Virus record (IMG/VR): IMGVR_UViG_3300006163_000001
DNA length: 64,000 nucleotides
Strand: one strand, 5' to 3'
Source of the DNA: a virus
The notes beneath the pieces were generated by a model. It ran no database searches. It was not told the DNA's origin and worked only from the letters and a program-made list of their open reading frames with translations. The first letter of the stretch is position 1; every line of letters begins with the position of its first letter. Made by a program: the position numbers and the translations under genes. Shown in pieces: positions 17,909 through 25,585 of the stretch.

Positions 17909-18771
17909 CGGACGAAGTTGAGTTGGGCCGCCTTCGCGTCGGCTTCCTCGCGGCTCGTGCGCGTGCCGACGGCAAGGTCTGTCCGGGTGTCGCGGATCTC
18001 GAAGTAGTTCGGGCCCAGCTCCATCACCACGTAGCGCTTGTTCAGGCGCCCGCGAAGCCACGTGTGCGGGTCGACCAGGAAGCCGGTGTCCTTCGTCGCC
18101 TCCTCCACTTCTGGGCGCTTCCAGCCGCCGTGCTCGTTCTTCTCCGGCAGCTCGTAGCCCTCCGGCAGGCCGGGCTCCCACGGCTTCTCACCGGACCCCG
18201 GGCAGATGTCGCCGTCCGACTGCTGCGGCAGGCCGCCCGCGAGGGTGACGTGACCCATGTCGACGGACTCCCGGTGCTTGCGCATGGTGCCGTCCTTGCG
18301 GAGCTTGCCCGCCCACTTGCAGCGCGGGCAGGTGGCGTAGCTGTTGTCGGCGGTAGCGAAGTCGTCGGTCACTGCAACTTCCTGGTTGGTGTTGTCGTCG
18401 GTGGTAGGCGTCTCGGCAAGGTGCGGCTTCATGCAGTAGTGGCAGACGCAGACGCCGCCAGCCGTAATGTTCTGGCACGAGTTCCAAGGTTCGGTCTTGC
18501 AGCGGTCACAGGAGCAGACGCCCCCGGGGGCTGCAACATGCCCGATCTCGTTGAGCTCGTAGGTGCCGGGCTCGTACCAGCACTCGGCCCAGCGGCCCTC
18601 GAAGGGGCGGGAGTCGACGTCGTCGACGGTGCGCTTGGCCCACTCGATGACGTCCGCCTGGGTGCCGAGCCATTCGCCGCACTCGGTGCCGTTCACAGAG
18701 ATCCGCGACTTGCCGTAGGCCTTGCCCTTGACGGCCTTGAGCTGGCGGCCCTTGTAGGTCTCGCGGATCAT
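17905..18771 (-). CDS. Cys-rich hypothetical protein (288 aa)
   Basis: ATG at 18771 after GGGGAG. Several CxxC pairs (CSCDRC, CVCHYC, CPRC). Confidence 0.6.
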   Translation of the reverse strand: MIRETYKGRQLKAVKGKAYGKSRISVNGTECGEWLGTQADVIEWAKRTVDDVDSRPFEGRWAECWYEPGTYELNEIGHVAAPGGVCSCDRCKTEPWNSCQNITAGGVCVCHYCMKPHLAETPTTDDNTNQEVAVTDDFATADNSYATCPRCKWAGKLRKDGTMRKHRESVDMGHVTLAGGLPQQSDGDICPGSGEKPWEPGLPEGYELPEKNEHGGWKRPEVEEATKDTGFLVDPHTWLRGRLNKRYVVMELGPNYFEIRDTRTDLAVGTRTSREEADAKAAQLNFVR

Positions 18772-18798
18772 TTTGTCTCCCCTGTTCGGCGCTTGTTT

Positions 18799-18874
18799 CT
18801 GTTTAACAAGAATGACGCACACGGCACCCCTTGTCAACCCATCGCGCCAGATGGATGCTAGATTCTGTTAAACA
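18799..18874. promoter_or_regulatory. Divergent promoter region with two TGTT(T/A)AACA palindromes
   Basis: TGTTTAACA at 18799 and TGTTAAACA at 18866, between the divergent genes starting at 18771 and 18892. Confidence 0.45.
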
Positions 18875-18891
18875 CTTACCGAGGGGGAACG

Positions 18892-19074
18892 ATGGGACGA
18901 CCCGCCACCGGGCAGACCAAGGTCATGGGCTTCCGGCCGCCCAAGCCGCTACGCGACAGGTTCGAAGCGCTCGCCGAAGCCGAGGAGCGCACGCCCTCAG
19001 ACGCGCTCGTCGAGGCCATGCACGACTGGGTGAAGAAGAAGGAGCGCGAGCACCCCCAGCCGCCCGCCGACTGA
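18892..19074 (+). CDS. Ribbon-helix-helix (CopG/Arc-like) protein
   Basis: KVMGFRPPKPLRDRFEALAEAEERTPSDALVEAMHDWV. Confidence 0.65.
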   Translation: MGRPATGQTKVMGFRPPKPLRDRFEALAEAEERTPSDALVEAMHDWVKKKEREHPQPPAD

Positions 19075-19102
19075 ACGCTCTGACAGTGGCCGCGACTAGA
19101 CT

Positions 19103-19300
19103 TTGGCCATGCCCCCCACGCCCCAACCGTCTGGCCGTGTGCGCCCGTCTGACGTGGTGAACGCGGCGATCCGGGCACTGCTGCTACGCACCGGCGGCTG
19201 GCTGTACGGGGACACCCGCGCCGAGTACGAGCAGCTGCGGGACGAGTGGACGGTGGCTGTCGCGGCCGAGCGGCGGGTCGACGTCGTCGAAGCGGCGTGA
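19103..19300 (+). CDS. Hypothetical protein (65 aa)
   Basis: ORF immediately after the RHH gene. Confidence 0.45.
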   Translation: MAMPPTPQPSGRVRPSDVVNAAIRALLLRTGGWLYGDTRAEYEQLRDEWTVAVAAERRVDVVEAA

Positions 19301-19843
19301 TCAGATGTCGAGGATGATCCCGAGGCTCATCAGGCGGTAGCTCATCGCGGCGGAGCTCACCTCAAAGCGCGGGGCCAGCAAGTCGACCAGCTGCGCGGCC
19401 GTGTCGAAGTCCGCCTCTCGCGCCATACGCCGGACCGCCCCCTCTGGCATCAACAGGGCGCCAGCGAATCGGTTCGCCTCCGCCTCCTCGCGATCCGTCG
19501 GCATGCACAACAGGTTGCCGTGCCGATGTCGGGCCATTCCGTCGAGGATGAGTTCCCGGCGCCGATGAATCTTGAGGTGCCCCACGAGGTGAGCCAGGGC
19601 GAACCGCTCACCGGCAGTACCCAGGTTTGCGTTCAGGCCGATCACGAGTTGCCCGTCGCGTCGCAGCAGCATGCCCGATACATCGTTGTCGGTTGGATGC
19701 CGCGCGACTGTGGCGCCCAGTTCCCGGGCGACCTTCTCGGGGTCGACCGGTAGATCCGCCAGGGCGAACTCGGCTACGAACTCGCGGGCGGCGACGTCGG
19801 CTCTGGACACAGCCCCTCCCTCCCACGGCAACAACCCCAGCAT
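19301..19843 (-). CDS. ImmA/IrrE-family (M78) peptidase-like protein with HLVGH in place of HExxH
   Basis: GERFALAHLVGHLKIH...EEAEANRFAGALLMPEGAV. The family signature is present but the catalytic Glu is replaced by Leu. Confidence 0.7.
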   Translation of the reverse strand: MLGLLPWEGGAVSRADVAAREFVAEFALADLPVDPEKVARELGATVARHPTDNDVSGMLLRRDGQLVIGLNANLGTAGERFALAHLVGHLKIHRRRELILDGMARHRHGNLLCMPTDREEAEANRFAGALLMPEGAVRRMAREADFDTAAQLVDLLAPRFEVSSAAMSYRLMSLGIILDI

Positions 19844-19854
19844 AAGATCCCCCA

Positions 19855-20076
19855 GTGCCTCACACGTTCGAAGACCTCGTGACCCTGGAGCGGGCCGCGG
19901 TCGACGCCCTCGCCGCCATCGCCACCGCCGACGACCCCGACACGGCGCGGGCTGCGGCCGTCGACGCCGCAGCTGCGTTCCAGGCCGCCGTCACCCAATA
20001 CGCGGCAGACAAAAACGAGTCGCGGGTTGAGGTGGAGATGCGGGCCAAGCGGGCCGTGCGGCACGGGGAGGGTTAG
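19855..20076 (+). CDS. Hypothetical Ala-rich protein (73 aa)
   Basis: ORF with high GC3. Confidence 0.4.
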   Translation: MPHTFEDLVTLERAAVDALAAIATADDPDTARAAAVDAAAAFQAAVTQYAADKNESRVEVEMRAKRAVRHGEG

Positions 20077-20246
20077 CGGCGCCGTCCACCTTCAGCCTCG
20101 ACCTGGCGGGCGCGGTCGTACATGTCCCGGGCTGGCTTCGCCTCGACCGGAGCGAGGAGCCCATGCATGGCGAGCGTGTTCGACAGATAGAGGAGCGCAT
20201 CCTCCAGCTCCTTCACCCGCGCCCGCAGCGCGTCGACCTCGTCCAC
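20073..20246 (-). CDS. Hypothetical coiled-coil peptide (57 aa)
   Basis: GTG after GGAGGGG. VDEVDALRARVKELEDALLYL...; below the ORF-track cutoff. Confidence 0.3.
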   Translation of the reverse strand: MDEVDALRARVKELEDALLYLSNTLAMHGLLAPVEAKPARDMYDRARQVEAEGGRRR

Positions 20247-20638
20247 GGCCCCTCCAAGTTCGAGGCCCCGCCCGGCATCACTCGGGCGGGGCAGCGCGTG
20301 CAGCCATGCAGCGCGGATGTGATGGGGCCAGCCTACTGGCGGGGACCGACAGCTCCGGCTACAGCGTCACGAGTCGGATCCCGGCGAGGCCCGGCCCCAC
20401 GCGACGGAGGCCGTACTGCGGGCCAGTCCTCAATACCTCAGCCAGCTCACGCATGGCCTGGGCGGCGTCACGAATCTTCTCTGCGGTGGTCTTTTCCATG
20501 CCGCCAGCATGGCAGACGTCACCCGTCCTGCGGCCACTCGTCGAGGGTTTCGTCGGTCTCCTCGTCGACGAGCGTCACCCGGGCATCCGCCATGCTGCAC
20601 GGGGCGGCCGGCGGAGAAGAGGGTGACGTGGAAGTGGG

Positions 20639-20860
20639 TCACGTCAGCCGGATCCCTCGCGGCCGGCCGGGTTCGCGGACGATCGCGCCCTTGGTCTCCA
20701 GTTCCCGCAGCTGGTAGTGGACGCTGCCGACCGCCAGGCCCACGGCGGCGCAGATCTCCTTCACCGTCGGCGCCTCACCGTCATCGACGATCGCCCGGCG
20801 GATGACGTGCAGGATGCGCTCCTGGGTTTCGGTCAGGTAGTCGACCTTGTAGCGGACCAT
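20639..20860 (-). CDS. LexA N-terminal DNA-binding-domain-only protein (73 aa)
   Basis: LTETQERILHVIRRAIVDDGEAPTVKEICAAVGLAVGSVHYQLRELETKGAIVRE. No S24 peptidase domain. Confidence 0.7.
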   Translation of the reverse strand: MVRYKVDYLTETQERILHVIRRAIVDDGEAPTVKEICAAVGLAVGSVHYQLRELETKGAIVREPGRPRGIRLT

Positions 20861-20868
20861 GCAGGCAT

Positions 20869-20884
20869 TAGAGCGCGTGTTCGA
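20869..20884. promoter_or_regulatory. SOS-box-like imperfect palindrome
   Basis: TAGAGC-GCGT-GTTCGA compared with the actinobacterial TCGAAC-N4-GTTCGA. It lies 9 nt upstream of the LexA-like start codon. Confidence 0.4.
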
Positions 20885-20972
20885 ATTATGGGGCAAGTCG
20901 GCAGGCAGCAGAACGCCCGGTCCGACGGGGGTGACAGACCGGGCGCACGGTCAGCATGGCAGAAGGAGACGA

Positions 20973-21989
20973 CTACAGGCCGATGTCCTCGGATGCGGCG
21001 TCGGTCCATTTGTCGGCTTCGCGGATGTAGCCCCAGAAGGCGGGGCTGTTGGCGGCATGCCCGGACTGAGCGCGGATCTTCTCCTCGCGCTTCCCGGCTC
21101 GGCGGCTGGTGGTGATGAACCCGGCTCGCATGCTGTGCCCGGTCAGCCGTACCGACAGGCCGGCGCGTTCGGCGTTGCGGGCGATGATCTCGCGGACGGC
21201 TTCCGGGGAGAGCGCGCGGTCGCCGATCCGACCGTGGACAGTGATGGGCAGGAAGGCGGGCCCGCCGGTGATTCCGGCGGCCGCGCGCCAGGTCGACCAG
21301 GCGCGGACGGGGCAAGTGTCGGGGTCCTTGCCGTAGGCGACGACGACGTCCCGGGGCGGCCGCCCTTTCACCGCGGGGACGTGGACGTCGAGTCCTTGGC
21401 TGACGAGGCTGATGCCGTCGGCGGTTAGGGCGGCGACTTCGGCGGAGCGTCCGGCGATGCCGAAGGCCATGAGCCAGAGCGCCCGGTCGCGGAGTCCGGT
21501 GAGTCCGGCGGCCGCGGCCGCGCTCATCTTGCGGAGTTGGTCTGGGGTGGCGGCGGCCGCCGGTCCGCGGCCGCGGGCTTGGCGTTCGGGGTTGGCCTTC
21601 ATCGGCTTGAGGGCCTGCCGCGCTGCAACGGTCACGGCCTTGGGGACTTCGATGCCGCGGCCGCGAAGGGTGACGGTGACGCCGGTGATGCGCCGGTCGA
21701 TCGAGTTGGGCGCGGCCGCCTTGATGGTGTCGAGCCAGACGACGAACCCAACGAGGGTGCCCTTGGTGACGGCGGTCAACGGCAACGGCTGCCCGGTACG
21801 TTCGGCGAGCCAGTCGTGGAACTCCTCCCAGAGCGCCCAGTCGTTGGCGTAGCTGCGTTTGGTGTTGTGGGGGCGGATGGCGTCGAGGTGCTTCTCGGCT
21901 GCCTCTTCCATGGCGGCCAGGACAGCGAGTGTCGCAGCGTCGTAGGCGGCGGGGGTGGCGTCCGGCTGGCGGGGGACGAGGTCGGTCAT
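20973..21989 (-). CDS. Tyrosine recombinase (Cre/XerD-like, 338 aa)
   Basis: ATG at 21989 (ATGA overlap). Contains RSYANDWALWEEF (core-binding domain), GRSAEV, GHSMRAGF and FWGYI (Tyr). Confidence 0.85.
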   Translation of the reverse strand: MTDLVPRQPDATPAAYDAATLAVLAAMEEAAEKHLDAIRPHNTKRSYANDWALWEEFHDWLAERTGQPLPLTAVTKGTLVGFVVWLDTIKAAAPNSIDRRITGVTVTLRGRGIEVPKAVTVAARQALKPMKANPERQARGRGPAAAATPDQLRKMSAAAAAGLTGLRDRALWLMAFGIAGRSAEVAALTADGISLVSQGLDVHVPAVKGRPPRDVVVAYGKDPDTCPVRAWSTWRAAAGITGGPAFLPITVHGRIGDRALSPEAVREIIARNAERAGLSVRLTGHSMRAGFITTSRRAGKREEKIRAQSGHAANSPAFWGYIREADKWTDAASEDIGL

Positions 21990-22369
21990 GCCGACGCCTC
22001 GTTTTCGGAAGCCTCGTCGGCCATGCGGCGCAGCAGGTCGGCGGCGTCCATGACTCCGCCGTTCCATGCGTCGCGGTAGGTGTCGTAGCCGTAGTCGTTG
22101 CAGTCGGTGTCGTAGTCCATGCGACCGAGCTGGTCGGCAGCCTCGCGCAGCACGGCAGCCCGCCCGTCACTCGCGGGTAGCAGGCCCAGCCGCCGAGCCA
22201 CGGGGTCCTGGTCGAGAGGCGGAAGCGCCGGGTCTCGACCGGCCAGCGCCCTCACGATCTCGAACTGCCCCTCGATCGCCTCCCGCTGCTCCGGCGGCAA
22301 ACTCGACAGGTCCGGCTCGGGGCCGAGGCCGCGCAGGAACCGCAGGTACTCCTCGATCAGGTCAAGCAT
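21986..22369 (-). CDS. Hypothetical protein (127 aa)
   Basis: Coupled to the recombinase. Confidence 0.55.
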   Translation of the reverse strand: MLDLIEEYLRFLRGLGPEPDLSSLPPEQREAIEGQFEIVRALAGRDPALPPLDQDPVARRLGLLPASDGRAAVLREAADQLGRMDYDTDCNDYGYDTYRDAWNGGVMDAADLLRRMADEASENEASA

Positions 22370-22427
22370 CGGATGCTCCTTCGGGAGGCCGACTGCCCCG
22401 CGAACAGGACAGCCGGGGGTGGGGTGG

Positions 22428-23165
22428 TCAGCGGGCTGGTGGTGCGATGTGGTCGTCCATCAACTGGACGGTGACGGTGCCGTCTGCCTCGGCCAGGTAC
22501 TCGTCGAGGAGGCCGCGGTGATGACGGCGGCAGCCGAACCGAAGCCGCCAACGGCCCTCGACCTGAAAGCGGTAGCGGTAGTCCCCGTCATGGCCGCCCC
22601 CGCCAAGCACGCCCGCGCTGCCGCCGCCGCAGGGCCGGTAGGTGCCTACCGGGTAGCGGGCGAGAGTGCGGCGCTGCACGAAGTTGTGGCCGTCCTCGTA
22701 CAGGGCGCAGTCCCCGTCGTGGGCCAGGCAGACGATCGCGTACTCGGGTAGCCACTCATCGACGGTCAGCCGGTCACCGAGCGGCATACGGCCGGGCTGG
22801 ACGAACTCGTTGAGGACACGCACGGCCCGCTCCCACGAACCCGACATCTCGCGCACCCCGGCCGGTTCGCCGACGATCCCCTGCTGGACGGTCCATTCCG
22901 AGCTGAGGCGACCGGGCGCTGCAACCCACAGGGCGTGCCGGGTGTCGCCGTGCTGGTAGGAGATCCGCAGGGCGTGACCGCGCATGGCGTGGAGTTGGGC
23001 GCCGGTGAGCGTGGGCCCGAGGTGGCGGCTGGTGATCGGCCAGCCGGTAGGCGGCTGGGGTGCAGGGCGCGGGGTGTTGCATGCGGCGAGTGCGGCGCGG
23101 GCGCCCTCAATGAACGCGGCGGCCTCGGGATCCACGGTCACGAGACTCTGCGGGCTGAGGGTCAC
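22428..23165 (-). CDS. Hypothetical protein (245 aa)
   Basis: GTG in a GTGA overlap with the upstream ORF. No motif recognised. Confidence 0.6.
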   Translation of the reverse strand: MTLSPQSLVTVDPEAAAFIEGARAALAACNTPRPAPQPPTGWPITSRHLGPTLTGAQLHAMRGHALRISYQHGDTRHALWVAAPGRLSSEWTVQQGIVGEPAGVREMSGSWERAVRVLNEFVQPGRMPLGDRLTVDEWLPEYAIVCLAHDGDCALYEDGHNFVQRRTLARYPVGTYRPCGGGSAGVLGGGGHDGDYRYRFQVEGRWRLRFGCRRHHRGLLDEYLAEADGTVTVQLMDDHIAPPAR

Positions 23166-23368
23166 GTGGAGTCTCCTTCGCGGACGACCTCTGGCTTGTA
23201 CAGGAACTGGTAGAGGGCTTGTTGGAGGTTGAGGAAGTCCAGCCCGTTGGTGATCTCCGGGTAGCCGTGGGCTTGCAGGACGTCGGCAACGTCCTTGGCG
23301 AGGCCGAACGTGAACCGCAGGTCGTCGTCGGGAGCGGGGCTGATGGGGTACTGGCGCAGGGCGGTCAT
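23162..23368 (-). CDS. Hypothetical protein (68 aa)
   Basis: First gene of the leftward operon from the divergent promoter hub. Confidence 0.5.
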   Translation of the reverse strand: MTALRQYPISPAPDDDLRFTFGLAKDVADVLQAHGYPEITNGLDFLNLQQALYQFLYKPEVVREGDST

Positions 23369-23402
23369 TGAGGTCTCCGTTCAGGGCCAGTTGCCGAATC
23401 GT

Positions 23403-23452
23403 GGTGGCTTGCCACCATGATTGCGCACACCTTTGACCGGTGGCAAGCCACC
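23403..23452. promoter_or_regulatory. Operator pair: GGTGGCTTGCCACC / GGTGGCAAGCCACC
   Basis: Two copies of the 14-bp palindrome at 23403 and 23439, each followed by CATGATT(G)CGCACA. They lie between divergent genes. Confidence 0.65.
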
Positions 23453-23467
23453 TGCCATGATTCGCAC

Positions 23468-23701
23468 ATGACCAGCGAAGAGGAACGCCGCCGACAGCAC
23501 CGCCACCGGCACAAGCAGCGCGTGCTGCGCGGAATCGACGACGACCTGGTCAACGACTTCGACGCCGCCGCCCACGCAGCAGGCAGCGACCGCAGCCGCA
23601 TCACGCGACAGTTGTGGGAATGGTTTGCCAGACGGCCCGGAGCGGAGCTACCTGAGCGGCCGGAGCAACCTCAGGCCGAGTCGGACAATCCCCCCAAATA
23701 A
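23468..23701 (+). CDS. Ribbon-helix-helix regulator (paralog 1)
   Basis: KQRVLRGIDDDLVNDFDAAAHAAGSDRSRITRQLWEWFARRPGAELPERP. About 55% identical to the 63188..63391 product. Confidence 0.7.
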   Translation: MTSEEERRRQHRHRHKQRVLRGIDDDLVNDFDAAAHAAGSDRSRITRQLWEWFARRPGAELPERPEQPQAESDNPPK

Positions 23702-23799
23702 TGCCCGCGATATGGCATGTTATCGAGAGCCGTTCCGCACGATCGGGGTCAGCCGGCGCAGGGCTGGGCTACCGTGAACCCAGCGCGCTTCCCAGCGGC

Positions 23800-23839
23800 A
23801 CGACGCCCCGCCCCTACCTCGACAGGAGCGGGGCGTCGT
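23800..23839 (+). terminator. Hairpin terminator after RHH paralog 1
   Basis: CGACGCCCCGC...GCGGGGCGTCG, an 11-bp stem. Confidence 0.55.
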
Positions 23840-23894
23840 CGCGTCTGCGGGCAGGGCGCACCCAAGGGAACGTTATGCGCTAGCCACACCCTTG

Positions 23895-23930
23895 CATGTC
23901 CATCACTGGACATGTACCGTACTGGACATG
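23895..23930 (+). promoter_or_regulatory. TGGACATG operator-like repeats
   Basis: CATGTCCA-TCAC-TGGACATG inverted repeat plus a third TGGACATG that overlaps the start codon at 23928. Confidence 0.5.
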
Positions 23931-24521
23931 ACGCGACAGACCAGTGCACCCCTCGAACACCTGAGCCTGAACGCGGCCGACCGCCAAGCCCGCGAGATCG
24001 CCCGCTCGTTCACCGAGTTCGGCCTCGACCTCAACCCGCCCTACCAGCGCGGCCGAGTCTGGACCGAGGACCAGCAGATCGCCCTCATCCGGTCGTGGCT
24101 CACCGGCACCCCCACCGGAGTAGTCATCTTCAACGACCGCTGCACGCCCGAGTGGAAGGACGCCAACGGCTACGACCCTGCCGAGCGCGACGAGGCTATC
24201 TACGCGTGCATCGACGGCCAGCAGCGCATCAGCGCCGCCCGCGCCTGGTTCGGTGATGAGCTCGCGGTGCCCGTCTCGTGGTTCGCCCCCGAGGACGTCG
24301 CGCAGACCGAAGACACCGACGACGGCCCCTACGTCCGGTGGAGCGGACTCACCCTCCCCCGGCAGCGGCACTTCGCCAACCGGGCGCACCTCACCGTCGC
24401 GACCGCCCGCGTCGCCACGGTGCAGGACGAGGCCGCGATCTACCTCCTCGTCAACGGCGGCGGTACCCCGCAGACCGATGCCGACATGCAGAACGCGGCC
24501 GACGTGGCGGCGCAGCGATGA
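23928..24521 (+). CDS. DUF262/ParB-like nuclease-superfamily protein (standalone, 197 aa)
   Basis: PPYQRGRVWTEDQQIALIRSW and CIDGQQRISA (DGQQR signature). No DUF1524/HNH partner domain. Confidence 0.7.
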   Translation: MTRQTSAPLEHLSLNAADRQAREIARSFTEFGLDLNPPYQRGRVWTEDQQIALIRSWLTGTPTGVVIFNDRCTPEWKDANGYDPAERDEAIYACIDGQQRISAARAWFGDELAVPVSWFAPEDVAQTEDTDDGPYVRWSGLTLPRQRHFANRAHLTVATARVATVQDEAAIYLLVNGGGTPQTDADMQNAADVAAQR

Positions 24522-24736
24522 GCGAACAGCGCGACAAGCTGACCCACCGCGCCGAGGAACTGCGAGACCAGTACGCCTCGATCCCGTTGCAGTTGAAGGA
24601 TGTGGCGGCCGAGTTGTGGCGAGACGGCCTGGAGAACGTCCGTGAACTCAGGCGGCTCACCGGGTTGTCCCGCACCACCCTGTACGCCGCCCTCCGTGAA
24701 CGCGGCATCGAGCCCACCGACCGCACCGACAAGTAG
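24518..24736 (+). CDS. Small HTH protein (72 aa)
   Basis: ATGA coupling. Contains RELRRLTGLSRTTLYAALRERGI. Confidence 0.6.
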   Translation: MSEQRDKLTHRAEELRDQYASIPLQLKDVAAELWRDGLENVRELRRLTGLSRTTLYAALRERGIEPTDRTDK

Positions 24737-24836
24737 GAGGCTGGGAGGAGTGCCCGCGTGGCTGCGGCTACGTCGGCGCCCCCGCCAGCGTCACCAACCA
24801 CATCCGCAAGCACCATCCGACCAAGGAGAGTTGAGC

Positions 24837-25079
24837 ATGACCGATGTTCTGGCCCGGCGGATGGCGGACAATCAGGTCCGCCTGTTCGCCGAGTCTCTGG
24901 CCCGGGACGCTGACCGGCTCGCCCAGTCAGCCCGGCAGTACGCCGACGACACGGCGGACGGCAAGCCGGAGTCTGGCGGCGCCTATCGGCTCGCCCAGGC
25001 TGCCGCCGACCTACTTCGGCAGGCATCCCGCCTCGACGGCATGCGCGACATCGCCGCACTCATCGACAAGGAGGCCTGA
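24837..25079 (+). CDS. Hypothetical protein (80 aa)
   Basis: ATG after AAGGAGAG. Confidence 0.55.
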   Translation: MTDVLARRMADNQVRLFAESLARDADRLAQSARQYADDTADGKPESGGAYRLAQAAADLLRQASRLDGMRDIAALIDKEA

Positions 25080-25081
25080 CC

Positions 25082-25288
25082 GTGCAGACGAAGCCCCGTA
25101 AGCCGTGGCGGGTGATCCTCACCCAGAACGGCGTCCAGCTCGTCGAGATCGACCACAGCAGCGAGGCCAAGGCCTTCGAGCACGTGCGGACGGCGCTCAA
25201 GGCTGGCGCCGACACCGCGAAGGTCATGCAGTGGGAAGACGGACGCTGGTGGCACTTCGAGACCATGCACGCCGAGGAGGTGCAATGA
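25082..25288 (+). CDS. Hypothetical protein (68 aa)
   Basis: GTG start 3 nt after the previous stop. Confidence 0.5.
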   Translation: MQTKPRKPWRVILTQNGVQLVEIDHSSEAKAFEHVRTALKAGADTAKVMQWEDGRWWHFETMHAEEVQ

Positions 25289-25467
25289 CCCGCGAGGAGT
25301 ACGAGGCCCAACTCCGCCGCCTCGACAACGACATCGAAGCCGCCTACGCCACATTCAACCGCGCCCGCGACCACTGGGACGCACTCAGCAAGGAACGCCG
25401 CGAACTCCACTGGCAGTGGCGACGCCAGCAGCAAGCCGACGCCCTGGATGCCGCCGCCGAGACGTGA
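25285..25467 (+). CDS. Hypothetical coiled-coil protein (60 aa)
   Basis: ATGA coupling. Confidence 0.5.
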   Translation: MTREEYEAQLRRLDNDIEAAYATFNRARDHWDALSKERRELHWQWRRQQQADALDAAAET

Positions 25468-25469
25468 GC

Positions 25470-25500
25470 GGTCCCCGCCTGCCGTTAACAGGCGGGGACC
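25470..25500. terminator. Bidirectional terminator hairpin
   Basis: GGTCCCCGCCTG-CCGTTAA-CAGGCGGGGACC, a perfect 12-bp stem between convergent operons. Confidence 0.7.
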
Positions 25501-25585
25501 ACCCCGAAGCGTAGCCGCACAACGAAGCCGCCCCCGCTCCCCCGCCGCCATCGGCAGCGAGAGGAACGAGGGCGGCTCTGTTCGG

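Noticed and set aside
20357-20499. 46-aa minus-strand ORF (MEKTTAEKIRDAAQAMRELAEVL...)
   Set aside because: Weak RBS, several AT-ending codons and no neighbours in an operon context. Too uncertain to list as a feature.
16300-25500. Actinomycete integrative conjugative element (pSAM2-like AICE), suggested by the GntR (KorSA-like) regulator plus a recombinase
   Set aside because: No FtsK/TraSA-type translocase, Rep, Spd or Nudix (Pif) genes are visible, and the GntR protein is only a DNA-binding domain.
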